A stretch of DNA of 21,151 nucleotides from an uncultured virus (IMG/VR IMGVR_UViG_2510065032_000001) (IMGVR_UViG_2510065032_000001); one strand, 5' to 3'; positions 1 to 7,517 are shown, counted from the stretch's first letter. The notes: generated by a model from the letters alone, not told the origin. Numbers and translations are program-made.

Positions 1-1
1 G

Positions 2-283
2 GTGCTGCTGGCCCCCCTGCCCCTGGAGTACACCGCGCCCTACTCCCCCGCCGAGGTGCTGTTCATGATCGACGGCCACCACACCCTGACCCGCGCGGCC
101 CAGCTCGGGCGGCGGACGGTGCGGGGGGTGGTGCTCAGCCAGGAGCAGTCCAAGGCCGCGATGCTGACGCGGGAGGAGCTGGAGGCCCTGATCGGCGGGG
201 CCGAGCCCTGGAGCGTGCTCAAGCGCTTCCACGTGGAGGGGGGATACCCGCTGGTCCAGCTCCGGCACCACCACGGGCGCTAG
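2..283 (+). CDS. ParB/sulfiredoxin-like N-terminal domain protein (5' partial)
   Basis: FMIDGHHTLTRAAQLGRRTVRGVVL resembles the ParB/Srx (I/V)DGHHR...A..LG...V motif. The ORF runs off the window edge. Confidence 0.55.
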   Translation: MLLAPLPLEYTAPYSPAEVLFMIDGHHTLTRAAQLGRRTVRGVVLSQEQSKAAMLTREELEALIGGAEPWSVLKRFHVEGGYPLVQLRHHHGR

Positions 284-284
284 C

Positions 285-316
285 CGTGATCGTGATCGTG
301 ATCGTGATCGTGATCG
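285..316. repeat. Perfect tandem hexamer (CGTGAT)x5 +CG, containing five GATC sites
   Basis: cgtgat cgtgat cgtgat cgtgat cgtgat cg read directly after the stop codon of the first ORF. Confidence 0.95.
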
Positions 317-338
317 GGGTGTAATGCCCCTTACACCC
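312..338. promoter_or_regulatory. Dyad site copy 1: GATC-NN-GGTGTAA-N6-TTACACCC
   Basis: gatcgg ggtgtaa tgcccc ttacaccc. A second copy lies at 7491-7517. Confidence 0.7.
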
Positions 339-352
339 GCACCCCGCCCGAT

Positions 353-376
353 GCCCGCCCCCGCCTGGGGGCGGGC
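353..376 (-). terminator. GC-rich hairpin between convergent genes (probable terminator)
   Basis: gcccgccccc-gcct-gggggcgggc forms a perfect 10-bp stem just past the stop at 378. There is no U-tract. Confidence 0.5.
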
Positions 377-377
377 G

Positions 378-2360
378 TCACGTGGGCAGCTCGCCCGCGC
401 CCGGCAGCTCGGCCTGGGCGCTCCAGGAGTCGATGCGGCCCTCCCCCGAGTCCCCGTCGCGCGCCACAAAGCCCGCCGTGTCCAACACCGCCGGGCCGAA
501 GCCCTGGGCGCTGCGGCTGCCGCAGAGGACGGGCTCGCCGTCGATCCACACCGTGAAGCGGTCGCCGTCGCTCAGCAGGCCCAGGGCGTAGCTCTGGCCC
601 GCCTTGATCCGGTCCCGCAGGTTCTGGCGGTAGCGGATCGGCCCCGAGTCGCCAAAGGTCACCTCGACCTCGGTGCTCTCGGGGCCCTGGCCCGCGTCGG
701 GGTTGCCCCCCTGCTCGGTGCCCTGGGCGAAGAGGAAGGCGGTGACGGCGTTCGCCAGGTCGAGGCCCTGGAAGAAGGAGTTATCGGGGTCGAAGGTGGA
801 GGGTCCGGGGGTGAAGTGGCCCTCGAGCAGCGCCCGGCGGGTGAAGGCGGGCAGCGGCTGGGCGTAGCGCAGGCTCACCAGGCCGTTGACGGGGCCGGAG
901 GGCTGGCCCTCGCCCCCCGATTGCACGTACTCCACCCCCACCGGCCCGCTCACCCGCTGCCAGGGCGCCCCCAGCGGCCCGCTGCCCTCGAAGCCCTCGT
1001 ACAGGCTCGAGGACGTGGACAGCCCCTGGAAGGGCTCCGCCGGGTCGATCCCCGCCCGCTGCACCATCGGGCCGCACCAGGCGGCGAAGTCGCGCACGTA
1101 GGAGTACGAGCCGGTGGGCCCGGCCATGTACAGGGTCAGGCCGGGGGTGTTGAAGGCGGGGTGGAGCTGGGGGAGGACGTGGCGCAGGATGCGCTCGCCG
1201 TCGCGGTAGAGCTCGAGGCCGTAGGCCGTGACCACCGCCTCGAAGGTGTTGGCGCCCCCCTGCTGGGGCGCGTAGGGGCCCGCGGTCACGAAGTCGGTCT
1301 GCTGGCCGTTCTCGTAGAGCGCCAGGTAGATGCGCGGCCACTCGGGGTCGAGCTCCAGCACCGCCATGTTGCCGCCGAAGCGGTCCCCGATGAGCCACTG
1401 CACCGCGCGCCCCGGCGTCCCGTTTTCCTGGGTGAAGCGCAGCAGGCGCACCGGGTCGGGGGTGGCGAAGTCCATCCGGGCCCAGCCCTGGCCCGGCGCG
1501 GCCACCCGCAGGCCCAGCGGGTCGCGCACCCAGGGCTCGGACAGCGACCCCGGCACCTCCTCCCCCTGCCCGGTGAAGGGGTCGTGGAGCTGGGCGAAGG
1601 GGGCGGCCAGCCACCCCGCCTGCTGCGCCTCGACCGCCGACACCGCGGCCCGCCAGACCTGCCCGGCGCCCCGCCCCCCCGAGCGCACCACCAGGTAGCC
1701 CCCGCCCTGGCTCTGGGGGTCGTAGGCGATGGGCTGGAGGCGGGGCAGGGGCTCGAGGTACTTCGCCCCCTGCAAGCCCCCGGCCAGGATCAGGTGGCCG
1801 CCGCCGGGCAGCAGCACGAACATGAAGCCCACCTCGAGCTGGTTGTGCTCGAACTCCATCCCCACCAGCGCGCCCCCGCGCGTGACCCGCCAGGTGTGGG
1901 CGGGGCCGGAGGGGGTCAGCTCGACGCTGGCGATGCCTGGGTCGTCGGGCGCGGGGTCGGGAGTGGCGAAGAAGCCCAGCTTGACCGGGTTGCCCTGGGG
2001 GTCGGGCGCGGTGAGCTGGAGGTAGCCCACCAGCAGCTTGTCGGCGGGCCGGGCGAAGGGCGAGCCGTCGGGCAGGGCCCAGGCCACCGACTGGTGGCCC
2101 GTGACCTCCTCGGGCAGGGGGCGCAGGATCAGGCTCGAGTGCGCGACCTCGGTCGAGGGCAGCGGCTCGGAGACCAGCCGCAGGGCCAAGGGGGCGCTCA
2201 GCCCGTCCCCGGCGACGCTGCCGCCGACCCCGCCCAGGGGCACGCCCTGGCCGAAGGCGTCGAAGGCCAGCAGGGGGCCTTGGTAGGGGCCCGAGCCCCC
2301 GCCGGTCCCCCTCGAGCGCCCCAGCCCGTCCAGCGTGCGCAGGTCGGGCAGCTCGCGCAT
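378..2360 (-). CDS. 660 aa putative virion spike/fibre or carbohydrate-binding protein with about three tandem beta-sandwich (ConA/LamG-like) modules
   Basis: Short N-terminal peptide plus GTGGGSG linker. Three similar module starts: LAFDAFGQG..LSAPL, LHDPFTGQG..LSEPW, LYEGFEGSG..LGAPW. The C-terminal module has DRFTVWIDGEPVL...GRIDSW. Translationally coupled to the upstream ORF. Confidence 0.5.
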   Translation of the reverse strand: MRELPDLRTLDGLGRSRGTGGGSGPYQGPLLAFDAFGQGVPLGGVGGSVAGDGLSAPLALRLVSEPLPSTEVAHSSLILRPLPEEVTGHQSVAWALPDGSPFARPADKLLVGYLQLTAPDPQGNPVKLGFFATPDPAPDDPGIASVELTPSGPAHTWRVTRGGALVGMEFEHNQLEVGFMFVLLPGGGHLILAGGLQGAKYLEPLPRLQPIAYDPQSQGGGYLVVRSGGRGAGQVWRAAVSAVEAQQAGWLAAPFAQLHDPFTGQGEEVPGSLSEPWVRDPLGLRVAAPGQGWARMDFATPDPVRLLRFTQENGTPGRAVQWLIGDRFGGNMAVLELDPEWPRIYLALYENGQQTDFVTAGPYAPQQGGANTFEAVVTAYGLELYRDGERILRHVLPQLHPAFNTPGLTLYMAGPTGSYSYVRDFAAWCGPMVQRAGIDPAEPFQGLSTSSSLYEGFEGSGPLGAPWQRVSGPVGVEYVQSGGEGQPSGPVNGLVSLRYAQPLPAFTRRALLEGHFTPGPSTFDPDNSFFQGLDLANAVTAFLFAQGTEQGGNPDAGQGPESTEVEVTFGDSGPIRYRQNLRDRIKAGQSYALGLLSDGDRFTVWIDGEPVLCGSRSAQGFGPAVLDTAGFVARDGDSGEGRIDSWSAQAELPGAGELPT

Positions 2361-2692
2361 CAGCGCCCCCAGTAGGAGAGGTAGACCGGGCCTTCGGAGT
2401 AGACGGCGACGTGGGTGGTGCCGGGGCGCAGGGCGATCATCAGGCTCTGGCCCGCCCCCACCCGGCGCGGGGCGCTGCCGTCGGTCACGTTATATCCGGG
2501 CTCGACGGCCTCGACGGTGCGGTCGCCCAGGGCCACCACCGCGGGGCTGTCGGTGGTGGTCACCTCGATGAAGCGGGTGTGGGGGGGCAGCTCGAGGGGG
2601 CCGCCGTCGGGGGAGACGTAGAAGTTGGTGCCGCTGGGCGGGAAGGCTACGGGCACGGGGATGCCGTTGGCGTTGGTAGGGAGCAGGCTCAT
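2360..2692 (-). CDS. 110 aa small beta-rich protein, putative capsid spike-base/adaptor
   Basis: MSLLPTNANGIPVPVAF...RFIEVTTT..AVVALG..HVAVYS. Size, beta pattern and position ahead of a fibre-like gene recall head-spike base proteins. Confidence 0.45.
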   Translation of the reverse strand: MSLLPTNANGIPVPVAFPPSGTNFYVSPDGGPLELPPHTRFIEVTTTDSPAVVALGDRTVEAVEPGYNVTDGSAPRRVGAGQSLMIALRPGTTHVAVYSEGPVYLSYWGR

Positions 2693-2712
2693 AGCCCCAG
2701 TGTGGGCGCGGC

Positions 2713-2749
2713 CAGGGGTCAGGGGTCAGGGCCCCAAACCCCAAACCCC
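2713..2749. repeat. Two abutting heptamer tandem repeats (CAGGGGT)n and (CCCCAAA)n able to pair as a hairpin on the minus strand
   Basis: caggggt caggggt caggg followed by ccccaaa ccccaaa cccc. Confidence 0.85.
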
Positions 2750-2809
2750 CGCCGGGGGGCGGGGGCGGGCCGAGGGCGTCGGAGGGGTTGCGGGCGGCTG
2801 TCTGCCGCC
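2743..2809 (-). ncRNA. Candidate ~65-nt small RNA or attenuator leader
   Basis: Upstream promoter, 5' hairpin GGCGGC-AGACA-GCCGCC, C-rich linker with CCCCUCC, and 3' hairpin CCCCCGCC-CCCC-GGCGGGGG followed by UUU. Confidence 0.35.
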
Positions 2810-2813
2810 AAGG

Positions 2814-2845
2814 ACCATATTACATGAAATCAAGCGAAATCAAGC
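2814..2845 (-). promoter_or_regulatory. Sigma-70-like promoter overlapped by a 10-bp direct repeat (GAAATCAAGC x2)
   Basis: Minus strand reads TTGATT-N18-TATGGT (alternative -10 TAATAT). The repeat spans 2826-2845. Confidence 0.55.
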
Positions 2846-3136
2846 CTCGAGGCCCGGCCCGCCCTCGCCCAGCTCCTCCCTCAGCTCGGCGTTCTCGGCC
2901 TGCTCCTCGGCCAGCTCCCGCCGCACCGTCCGCAGCCGCTCGAGCACGCCGCCCAGGGCGCTGATGAGGGCCTGGGCCGGGGTGGAGCCCACGCCCAGGA
3001 CGGTGAGGGAGTGGTCCCCGTAGCCCTCGTCGCGGTCGATGGCGCAGCGCAGGGAGCCGCTCGAGCCCAGCGGCTCGAACGCCACCGTGAAGCCGCGGCT
3101 GCCCAGCTCCTGAATGACGGCCTCGAGCGTGAGCAT
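2840..3136 (-). CDS. 98 aa hypothetical protein with C-terminal coiled coil
   Basis: Start MLTLEAVIQ at ATG 3136 is coupled to the upstream stop (TGATG). The ORF-track start at 3274 is too long. Confidence 0.7.
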   Translation of the reverse strand: MLTLEAVIQELGSRGFTVAFEPLGSSGSLRCAIDRDEGYGDHSLTVLGVGSTPAQALISALGGVLERLRTVRRELAEEQAENAELREELGEGGPGLEA

Positions 3137-3243
3137 CAGCGGTCCCCCGGCGGGGCCGAACGCCGCTCGAGCCGCTCGCAGAAGGCCCACAGCCGCCCGG
3201 CGATCAGCGCCAGCAGCACGGCGGGATAGAGGAAGGGGGTCAC
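3136..3243 (-). CDS. 35 aa hydrophobic micro-peptide (MTPFLYPAVLLALIAGRLWAFCERLERRSAPPGDR)
   Basis: The GTG overlaps the upstream stop (GTGA) and its own stop overlaps the next ATG, filling the gap exactly. Confidence 0.6.
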   Translation of the reverse strand: MTPFLYPAVLLALIAGRLWAFCERLERRSAPPGDR

Positions 3244-3533
3244 GCCTCGCCCCCCTCGCCGCGCTCAGGGGCATCGAACATCCCCCCCAGCCGCCGCCGC
3301 TCCTGCTCGGGCAGCTCGGCGGCGCGCAGGGCCGCCAGGTGCTCCTCGAGGGTTCCGATGAGCTGCTCGAGGCCCTTGACGTTGACGACGGCGCGGCACT
3401 CCTGCTGGTTGCGCAGCCCGCGGGTGAGGGGGTCGTAGCCCTCGAAGGTGTGCAGGATCAGCTCGAGCAGCGGCGCGCCGTCCTTGTCGCGCAGGTAGTT
3501 GGCCGAGAGTCCCTGTAGGCTTCGCACGGCCAC
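3240..3533 (-). CDS. 97 aa hypothetical protein
   Basis: Typical composition; tightly packed between neighbours. Confidence 0.7.
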   Translation of the reverse strand: MAVRSLQGLSANYLRDKDGAPLLELILHTFEGYDPLTRGLRNQQECRAVVNVKGLEQLIGTLEEHLAALRAAELPEQERRRLGGMFDAPERGEGGEA

Positions 3534-3536
3534 CCC

Positions 3537-3938
3537 CTAGAAGCGCTTGCCGCCGTGACGCCAGCCGCGGGCGCGGTTGGCCTCGAGCTTCGCCATCAGC
3601 GCCCCGGCCACGTCGTAGCCGAAGGTCTGAGCCATGTCCAGGATGCGGATGACGGCATCGGCCAGCTCGACCTCGACCGCGCGGAAGTTGGGGCACTTGC
3701 CGTCGGGGGCGTCGGGGTCGGTGCGCAGCGCCTCGAGCGCCTCCGACAGCTCGGAGTGGATCAGGGCGATGAGGGTTCCCGGCTCGCGGTTGCCGGTCCA
3801 GCCCCGGTTCACCGCCCCGATCACGTCTTGCAGCCGGTTGAAGGCCGCGGTGATGTCGAGCTGTTCGCCCGCGGTGAGCAGGGGAAGGGGGGCAGGGGCG
3901 GGGTTGGCGTTGGCCTGGGGGTCTTGGGTCGGGGGCAT
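3537..3938 (-). CDS. MazG-like nucleotide pyrophosphohydrolase (all-alpha NTP-PPase)
   Basis: ALIHSELSEALEALR...VEVELADAVIRILDMA...KLEANRARGWRHGGKRF shows the ExxE / ExxD metal motifs. GGAG RBS upstream. Confidence 0.85.
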   Translation of the reverse strand: MPPTQDPQANANPAPAPLPLLTAGEQLDITAAFNRLQDVIGAVNRGWTGNREPGTLIALIHSELSEALEALRTDPDAPDGKCPNFRAVEVELADAVIRILDMAQTFGYDVAGALMAKLEANRARGWRHGGKRF

Positions 3939-3981
3939 GGTCGCTTCTCCTTTTCCTTTGTTGGCGGTGCGCGCCGCGGGC

Positions 3982-4245
3982 TTATGCCGGGCGGTAGAGG
4001 TAGACCGTGCGGGTGTCCTCCCGCACGTAGTAGGCCCAGCCGTTCTCCACCGGGATCAGCTCGGTCTCGAATACGCCCGGCTCCACCGGGCGGGAGTCCC
4101 AGGGGGCCACCCCGCGCAGGTCGGGCGCGAAGCGCAGCAGCAGGCGGGGCTCGGGGAGCTCGTGCACCGCGTAGCCCTTCGCCCGCAGCTCGGCCAGGAA
4201 GGTGGCGAAGGTGGCGGTGTCCACGGCGGCGGGGGCCGGGCTCAC
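3982..4245 (-). CDS. 87 aa hypothetical protein
   Basis: GTG start coupled to the upstream stop (GTGA at 4242-4245); sequence ...TFATFLAELRAKGYAVHEL... Confidence 0.65.
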   Translation of the reverse strand: MSPAPAAVDTATFATFLAELRAKGYAVHELPEPRLLLRFAPDLRGVAPWDSRPVEPGVFETELIPVENGWAYYVREDTRTVYLYRPA

Positions 4246-4772
4246 GGGATGACCGACCCCCTCCCCCATGCGGCCTTGCGCCAGGCGTTTAGCGCGGCCT
4301 CGGCCTCGGCCTGTCCCTGGCGGCTGAGCAGGTAGCGGCTGCGGGGCCAGCGCCCCTGGCGCATCAGCCCGTCGGAGCGGGCCAGCCCCGCCAGCACCAG
4401 CCACGCCAGCACCCGGCTGACCCCGGCGTGGCGGGCGACCTGGGCGAGGGTGGCCCACGCCCGGCGGGCGCGCAGCTCGAGCAAAGCCTCGAGCACCGCG
4501 TACAGGGGCGAGCGGGGCAGCGCGGCGCCCCGCCCAGGCGCCCGCGGGCGCGCGGCCTGGGGCCGGGCCGGGGCCGGGGCAGGGGCCGGGCAGGGTACGT
4601 AGGTGTAGACCACCGTGCCGTCGTGCTCGATCAGCGCGGTGCGGTGGTAAGTGAGCTCGGGGCCGAAGGCCGTGACGATGGTCTCGGGCGCGCCCCCTAC
4701 GTAGCCGCTCGCCCCGTCGTAGAGCCCGCCCGAAAGGCGGTACTTGGTCATTTTCGGGTCCATCGGGTTCAT
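4242..4772 (-). CDS. 176 aa two-domain protein with Pro/Ala linker and C-terminal winged-HTH
   Basis: RBS GGAGGAGG before ATG 4772. ATLAQVARHAGVSRVLAWLVLAGLARSDGLM...RYLLSRQG fits a wHTH pattern. Confidence 0.7.
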   Translation of the reverse strand: MNPMDPKMTKYRLSGGLYDGASGYVGGAPETIVTAFGPELTYHRTALIEHDGTVVYTYVPCPAPAPAPARPQAARPRAPGRGAALPRSPLYAVLEALLELRARRAWATLAQVARHAGVSRVLAWLVLAGLARSDGLMRQGRWPRSRYLLSRQGQAEAEAALNAWRKAAWGRGSVIP

Positions 4773-4848
4773 TCCCCTCCTCCTTCCGCGGGACACCCCG
4801 TCGAACCGCACGTACCGTTTCACGGGGCCACCTCCCACAGCGCCACCA

Positions 4849-5034
4849 TCAAAGCCCGCACATCCCATAGCACTCGTCGGCCATCCCGTCGAACAGCGGC
4901 TCCATGTCATCGGTCGGCAACTCGAGTCGGGCTTCTCGCAGGGGGATGGCCTGCCGGTACACATACACCTCGTCATTGATCCGGGCCATCCGCCGGATGG
5001 CCTCGTCGAACTCGACCGCTTCGGCCCACTCCTC
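4849..5034 (-). pseudogene. C-terminal remnant (61 aa) of a phage PAPS-reductase/adenine-nucleotide alpha-hydrolase-like gene
   Basis: The frame reads EEWAEAVEFDEAIRR...VYVYRQAIPLREARL...LFDGMADECYGMCGL*. There is an in-frame stop at ~5068-5070 and no start codon before the conserved part. Confidence 0.6.
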
Positions 5035-5041
5035 CCGCCCC

Positions 5042-5128
5042 CTAACGCCGCGCGTAGGCCCGCGCGATCAGGGCCAGCAGCAGGGCCACGGCGTAAGCCA
5101 GGAAGAACTCGAGGCTCAGCACGTTCAC
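5042..5128 (-). CDS. 28 aa single-pass membrane micro-peptide (MNVLSLEFFLAYAVALLLALIARAYARR)
   Basis: GTG coupled to the upstream stop; hydrophobic core with a basic tail. Confidence 0.6.
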   Translation of the reverse strand: MNVLSLEFFLAYAVALLLALIARAYARR

Positions 5129-5250
5129 GCCGCGACCCCGAAGCGCAGGTAGTAGACCCCGCCCCAGGCCAGGGCCGCGATCAGGGCCAGGCCCACGAAG
5201 ACGATGGCGAAGGCCAGCCAGTCGAACTTGGGTTCGGATGTGTCTCGCAT
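5125..5250 (-). CDS. 41 aa single-pass membrane peptide (MRDTSEPKFDWLAFAIVFVGLALIAALAWGGVYYLRFGVAA), leaderless
   Basis: The ATG lies 7 nt after a -10 box; one transmembrane-length hydrophobic helix. Confidence 0.7.
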   Translation of the reverse strand: MRDTSEPKFDWLAFAIVFVGLALIAALAWGGVYYLRFGVAA

Positions 5251-5257
5251 ATGGGAC

Positions 5258-5286
5258 AGGATATATTGAAATACATCGTGGCGCAA
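5258..5286 (-). promoter_or_regulatory. Sigma-70-like promoter giving a leaderless mRNA
   Basis: TTGCGC-N17-TATCCT-N7-ATG on the minus strand. Confidence 0.7.
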
Positions 5287-5353
5287 ATCGGGACGGGAGG
5301 CGGGGAACGCCCTTCCTGTCCCACGCTTCGGATGTGTTTGCTTGAAATAACGC

Positions 5354-7399
5354 TCAGGGACGGGCCTTCCAGCGCGCGCAGTTGGTGGTGGCGGGGGCGG
5401 TGCGCACGGGGGGGTGGGCGCCCAGGGACAGGGCCACCGCCGCATTCTCGCACCAGCCCAGGGCCTCGCCCTCGCCGGGGGGCTTGAAGTAGGCACAGCC
5501 CCGGCACTGGCGGCGGGGGCGGGCCTCGGCCAGGGCGCTGGGCCGGATGACCTCGGGCAGTTGGTCCTGGTAGCCGCTGTAGGGGCGCTCGGGCTGGGGC
5601 TTGGCGTAGGCGAGCTGGGTCGAGCCCCGGACCCGCATCAGCCCGGCCACCGCGTAGCCGAAGGCGTGGACAAAGTGGGGGTCGAGGCCCAGGTGCCGGA
5701 AGGTGTACTGGTACTCGCCCTCGTCCACCACCTCGCCGCTGCCCTGGATGCGCCGGGTCTTGGGGATTTGGGTGCGGGCGACGTGCTTGAAGTGCTCGCG
5801 CATCTCCTCGAGCAGGGCCACCGGCTTGAGCCGCCCGCCCCGGCGCAGCTCGCGCACCAGGGTGTAGCCGTCCTTGGGCAGCAGCACCCGGCGGTTGGTG
5901 AACAGGGTCATGGCCTGGAGCAGGTGGCGGTAGCGGTGCAGGTCCACCAGAAACTCCCACTTGGCCTCGCCGCTGGAGCGCTCGAGGCTCTTCTTCTCCC
6001 GCTGGTCGGCCCACTCGATGGGCTGATCCTGGGTGAGGTTGTAGTCGGCCAGCCAGACCATGCCGCGGGGCATCTCGCTGGCGACGGCCTTGGCGTAGTC
6101 GTAGGCGGGCTCGGCGTCGCAGACGACGACGTTGACCGCCCAGCGCCGCAGCAAATCCGTGGTGCGGGCGACGGCCTCGAGCCCGCTGGCCTCGAGCACC
6201 TCCAGCCGCACCAGCCGCACCAGGCCCCCCGGCGCCCACTCCAGGATCACCACGTGCTTCTCCACCCCGCGCTGGTCGATGCCCGCCGCGCGCCAGGGGG
6301 AGTCGGGGGAGGGGCCCTCGGGGGGCCAGGCCCAGCCGTGCATCGCGCCCAGCTCGAGCGCGGCCTGCCACACGGTGTCGCCCACCAGGATGGCGTCGGG
6401 GTCGGCGTGGGGCAGGCCGAGGTAGGAGTTGTAGAACTCGCTGGGGTTCTTGCCCTCGACCACCATGCGCTGGTAGGCGCCCCAGAGGTTGGGCAGGTCG
6501 CCCGCGCCCTTGAGCACCTGGGAGAAGCTGTAGCCCAGCCACTCGGCGTCCTCGGGGCCCACGGCGTGAAAGAAGCCGTCCTGCACGTCGTGGATCAGGT
6601 GGCCGCAGCGGGGGCAGACGTACTCCATGCGCGCGGCGTCCACGCAGGAGAGCCAGGTCTCGAGGCTGTCGTACATGACGAACCCGGCGCGGTTGGGGCA
6701 GAGGGGGTTGGGGCAGCGGGTGTGCCACCAGTGCTGGGTCGAGCGCTGGAAGTAGTAATCCACGTCGGCGTTCGGCATCCCGGCGGTGGAGCCCATCATG
6801 TGCATCCCGCGCTCCCCGCGGGGGCCGACGAAGGCGCTCTCGGAGGTGCGCAGGAAGGTGCGCTCGATGGTCGCCACGTCCATCAGGCGCACCTCGTCGA
6901 ACTGGAGGGCGTCGGTGGGGAAGGAGTCCACGCTCACCCCGCTGCGCATCCCGCGGAAGCGCATGTTGGAGACGCCGAAGCGCACCGCCTCCATGCTGTC
7001 CACCCCGCCCGTGCCCACGAGCTCGAGCATCCGGGGGCTGGAGTGCATCATGGGGCGGAAGCGGGTCTTGTGCAGCTCGTACACCGCGTCCTGGGTGGGG
7101 AACATCAGCGCCACGTTGATCTGCTGGCGGGTGTCGGCGGTGAGCCAGGCCGCGCGGTAGATGAAGTGCAGGGTGAGGCCGAGCTGGGCGGCCTTGCGCA
7201 CCACCAGGCGGTGGTAGAAGCGCCCGCGCTCCTCGCCGTAGAGGGGATCGAGGTAGCGACGGCGCTCGAGGCTGAACTCCCGCGAGCCCTCGGGCCGGAT
7301 GCCCGAGGCCAGGGCGAAGCGGCGCAGGGTGGACAGCTCCTCGGGGCTGAACACCGGGGGCGGCAGCCGCAGGGAGTCGAGGAAGGCTTTTTCAAACAT
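5354..7399 (-). CDS. terL: Terminase large subunit (GpA-like ATPase plus nuclease, C-terminal Cys cluster)
   Basis: VVRKAAQLGLT (Walker A of GpA type), MFPTQ, LQFDEV (Walker B), GSTAG, CPNPLC/CPRCG, AGIDQ (RNase H-like), LDPHFVHA and C-terminal CRGC..C..C. Confidence 0.9.
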   Translation of the reverse strand: MFEKAFLDSLRLPPPVFSPEELSTLRRFALASGIRPEGSREFSLERRRYLDPLYGEERGRFYHRLVVRKAAQLGLTLHFIYRAAWLTADTRQQINVALMFPTQDAVYELHKTRFRPMMHSSPRMLELVGTGGVDSMEAVRFGVSNMRFRGMRSGVSVDSFPTDALQFDEVRLMDVATIERTFLRTSESAFVGPRGERGMHMMGSTAGMPNADVDYYFQRSTQHWWHTRCPNPLCPNRAGFVMYDSLETWLSCVDAARMEYVCPRCGHLIHDVQDGFFHAVGPEDAEWLGYSFSQVLKGAGDLPNLWGAYQRMVVEGKNPSEFYNSYLGLPHADPDAILVGDTVWQAALELGAMHGWAWPPEGPSPDSPWRAAGIDQRGVEKHVVILEWAPGGLVRLVRLEVLEASGLEAVARTTDLLRRWAVNVVVCDAEPAYDYAKAVASEMPRGMVWLADYNLTQDQPIEWADQREKKSLERSSGEAKWEFLVDLHRYRHLLQAMTLFTNRRVLLPKDGYTLVRELRRGGRLKPVALLEEMREHFKHVARTQIPKTRRIQGSGEVVDEGEYQYTFRHLGLDPHFVHAFGYAVAGLMRVRGSTQLAYAKPQPERPYSGYQDQLPEVIRPSALAEARPRRQCRGCAYFKPPGEGEALGWCENAAVALSLGAHPPVRTAPATTNCARWKARP

Positions 7400-7490
7400 T
7401 ATGCGCCCTCTCTGGAGCCATTCGGACGAAACCCCCGAGATTGGGGCGCCCGGTCTGAGGGTTTATGCAAGGTGTCGGTATGCTTATGCG

Positions 7491-7517
7491 GATCATGGTG
7501 TAAGCAGTCTTACACCC
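7491..7517. promoter_or_regulatory. Dyad site copy 2: GATC-NN-GGTGTAA-N6-TTACACCC, between terS and terL
   Basis: gatcat ggtgtaa gcagtc ttacaccc; 20/27 identical to 312-338, same orientation. Confidence 0.7.

Noticed and set aside
324..2375. 683 aa plus-strand ORF
   Set aside because: Antisense shadow of the 660 aa gene, with the Arg/Gly/Ala/His-rich composition typical of high-GC off-frames.
4545..4600. GGCCGG/GGGCAG-type repeats
   Set aside because: They simply encode a PAPAPAPA linker; similar low-complexity tracts occur at 8875-8905 and 14990-15040.
7383..7410. GGGCGCATAATGT on the minus strand resembles the XerC arm of E. coli dif
   Set aside because: No XerD-like arm follows the spacer, and the match is explained by the terL RBS and start codon.
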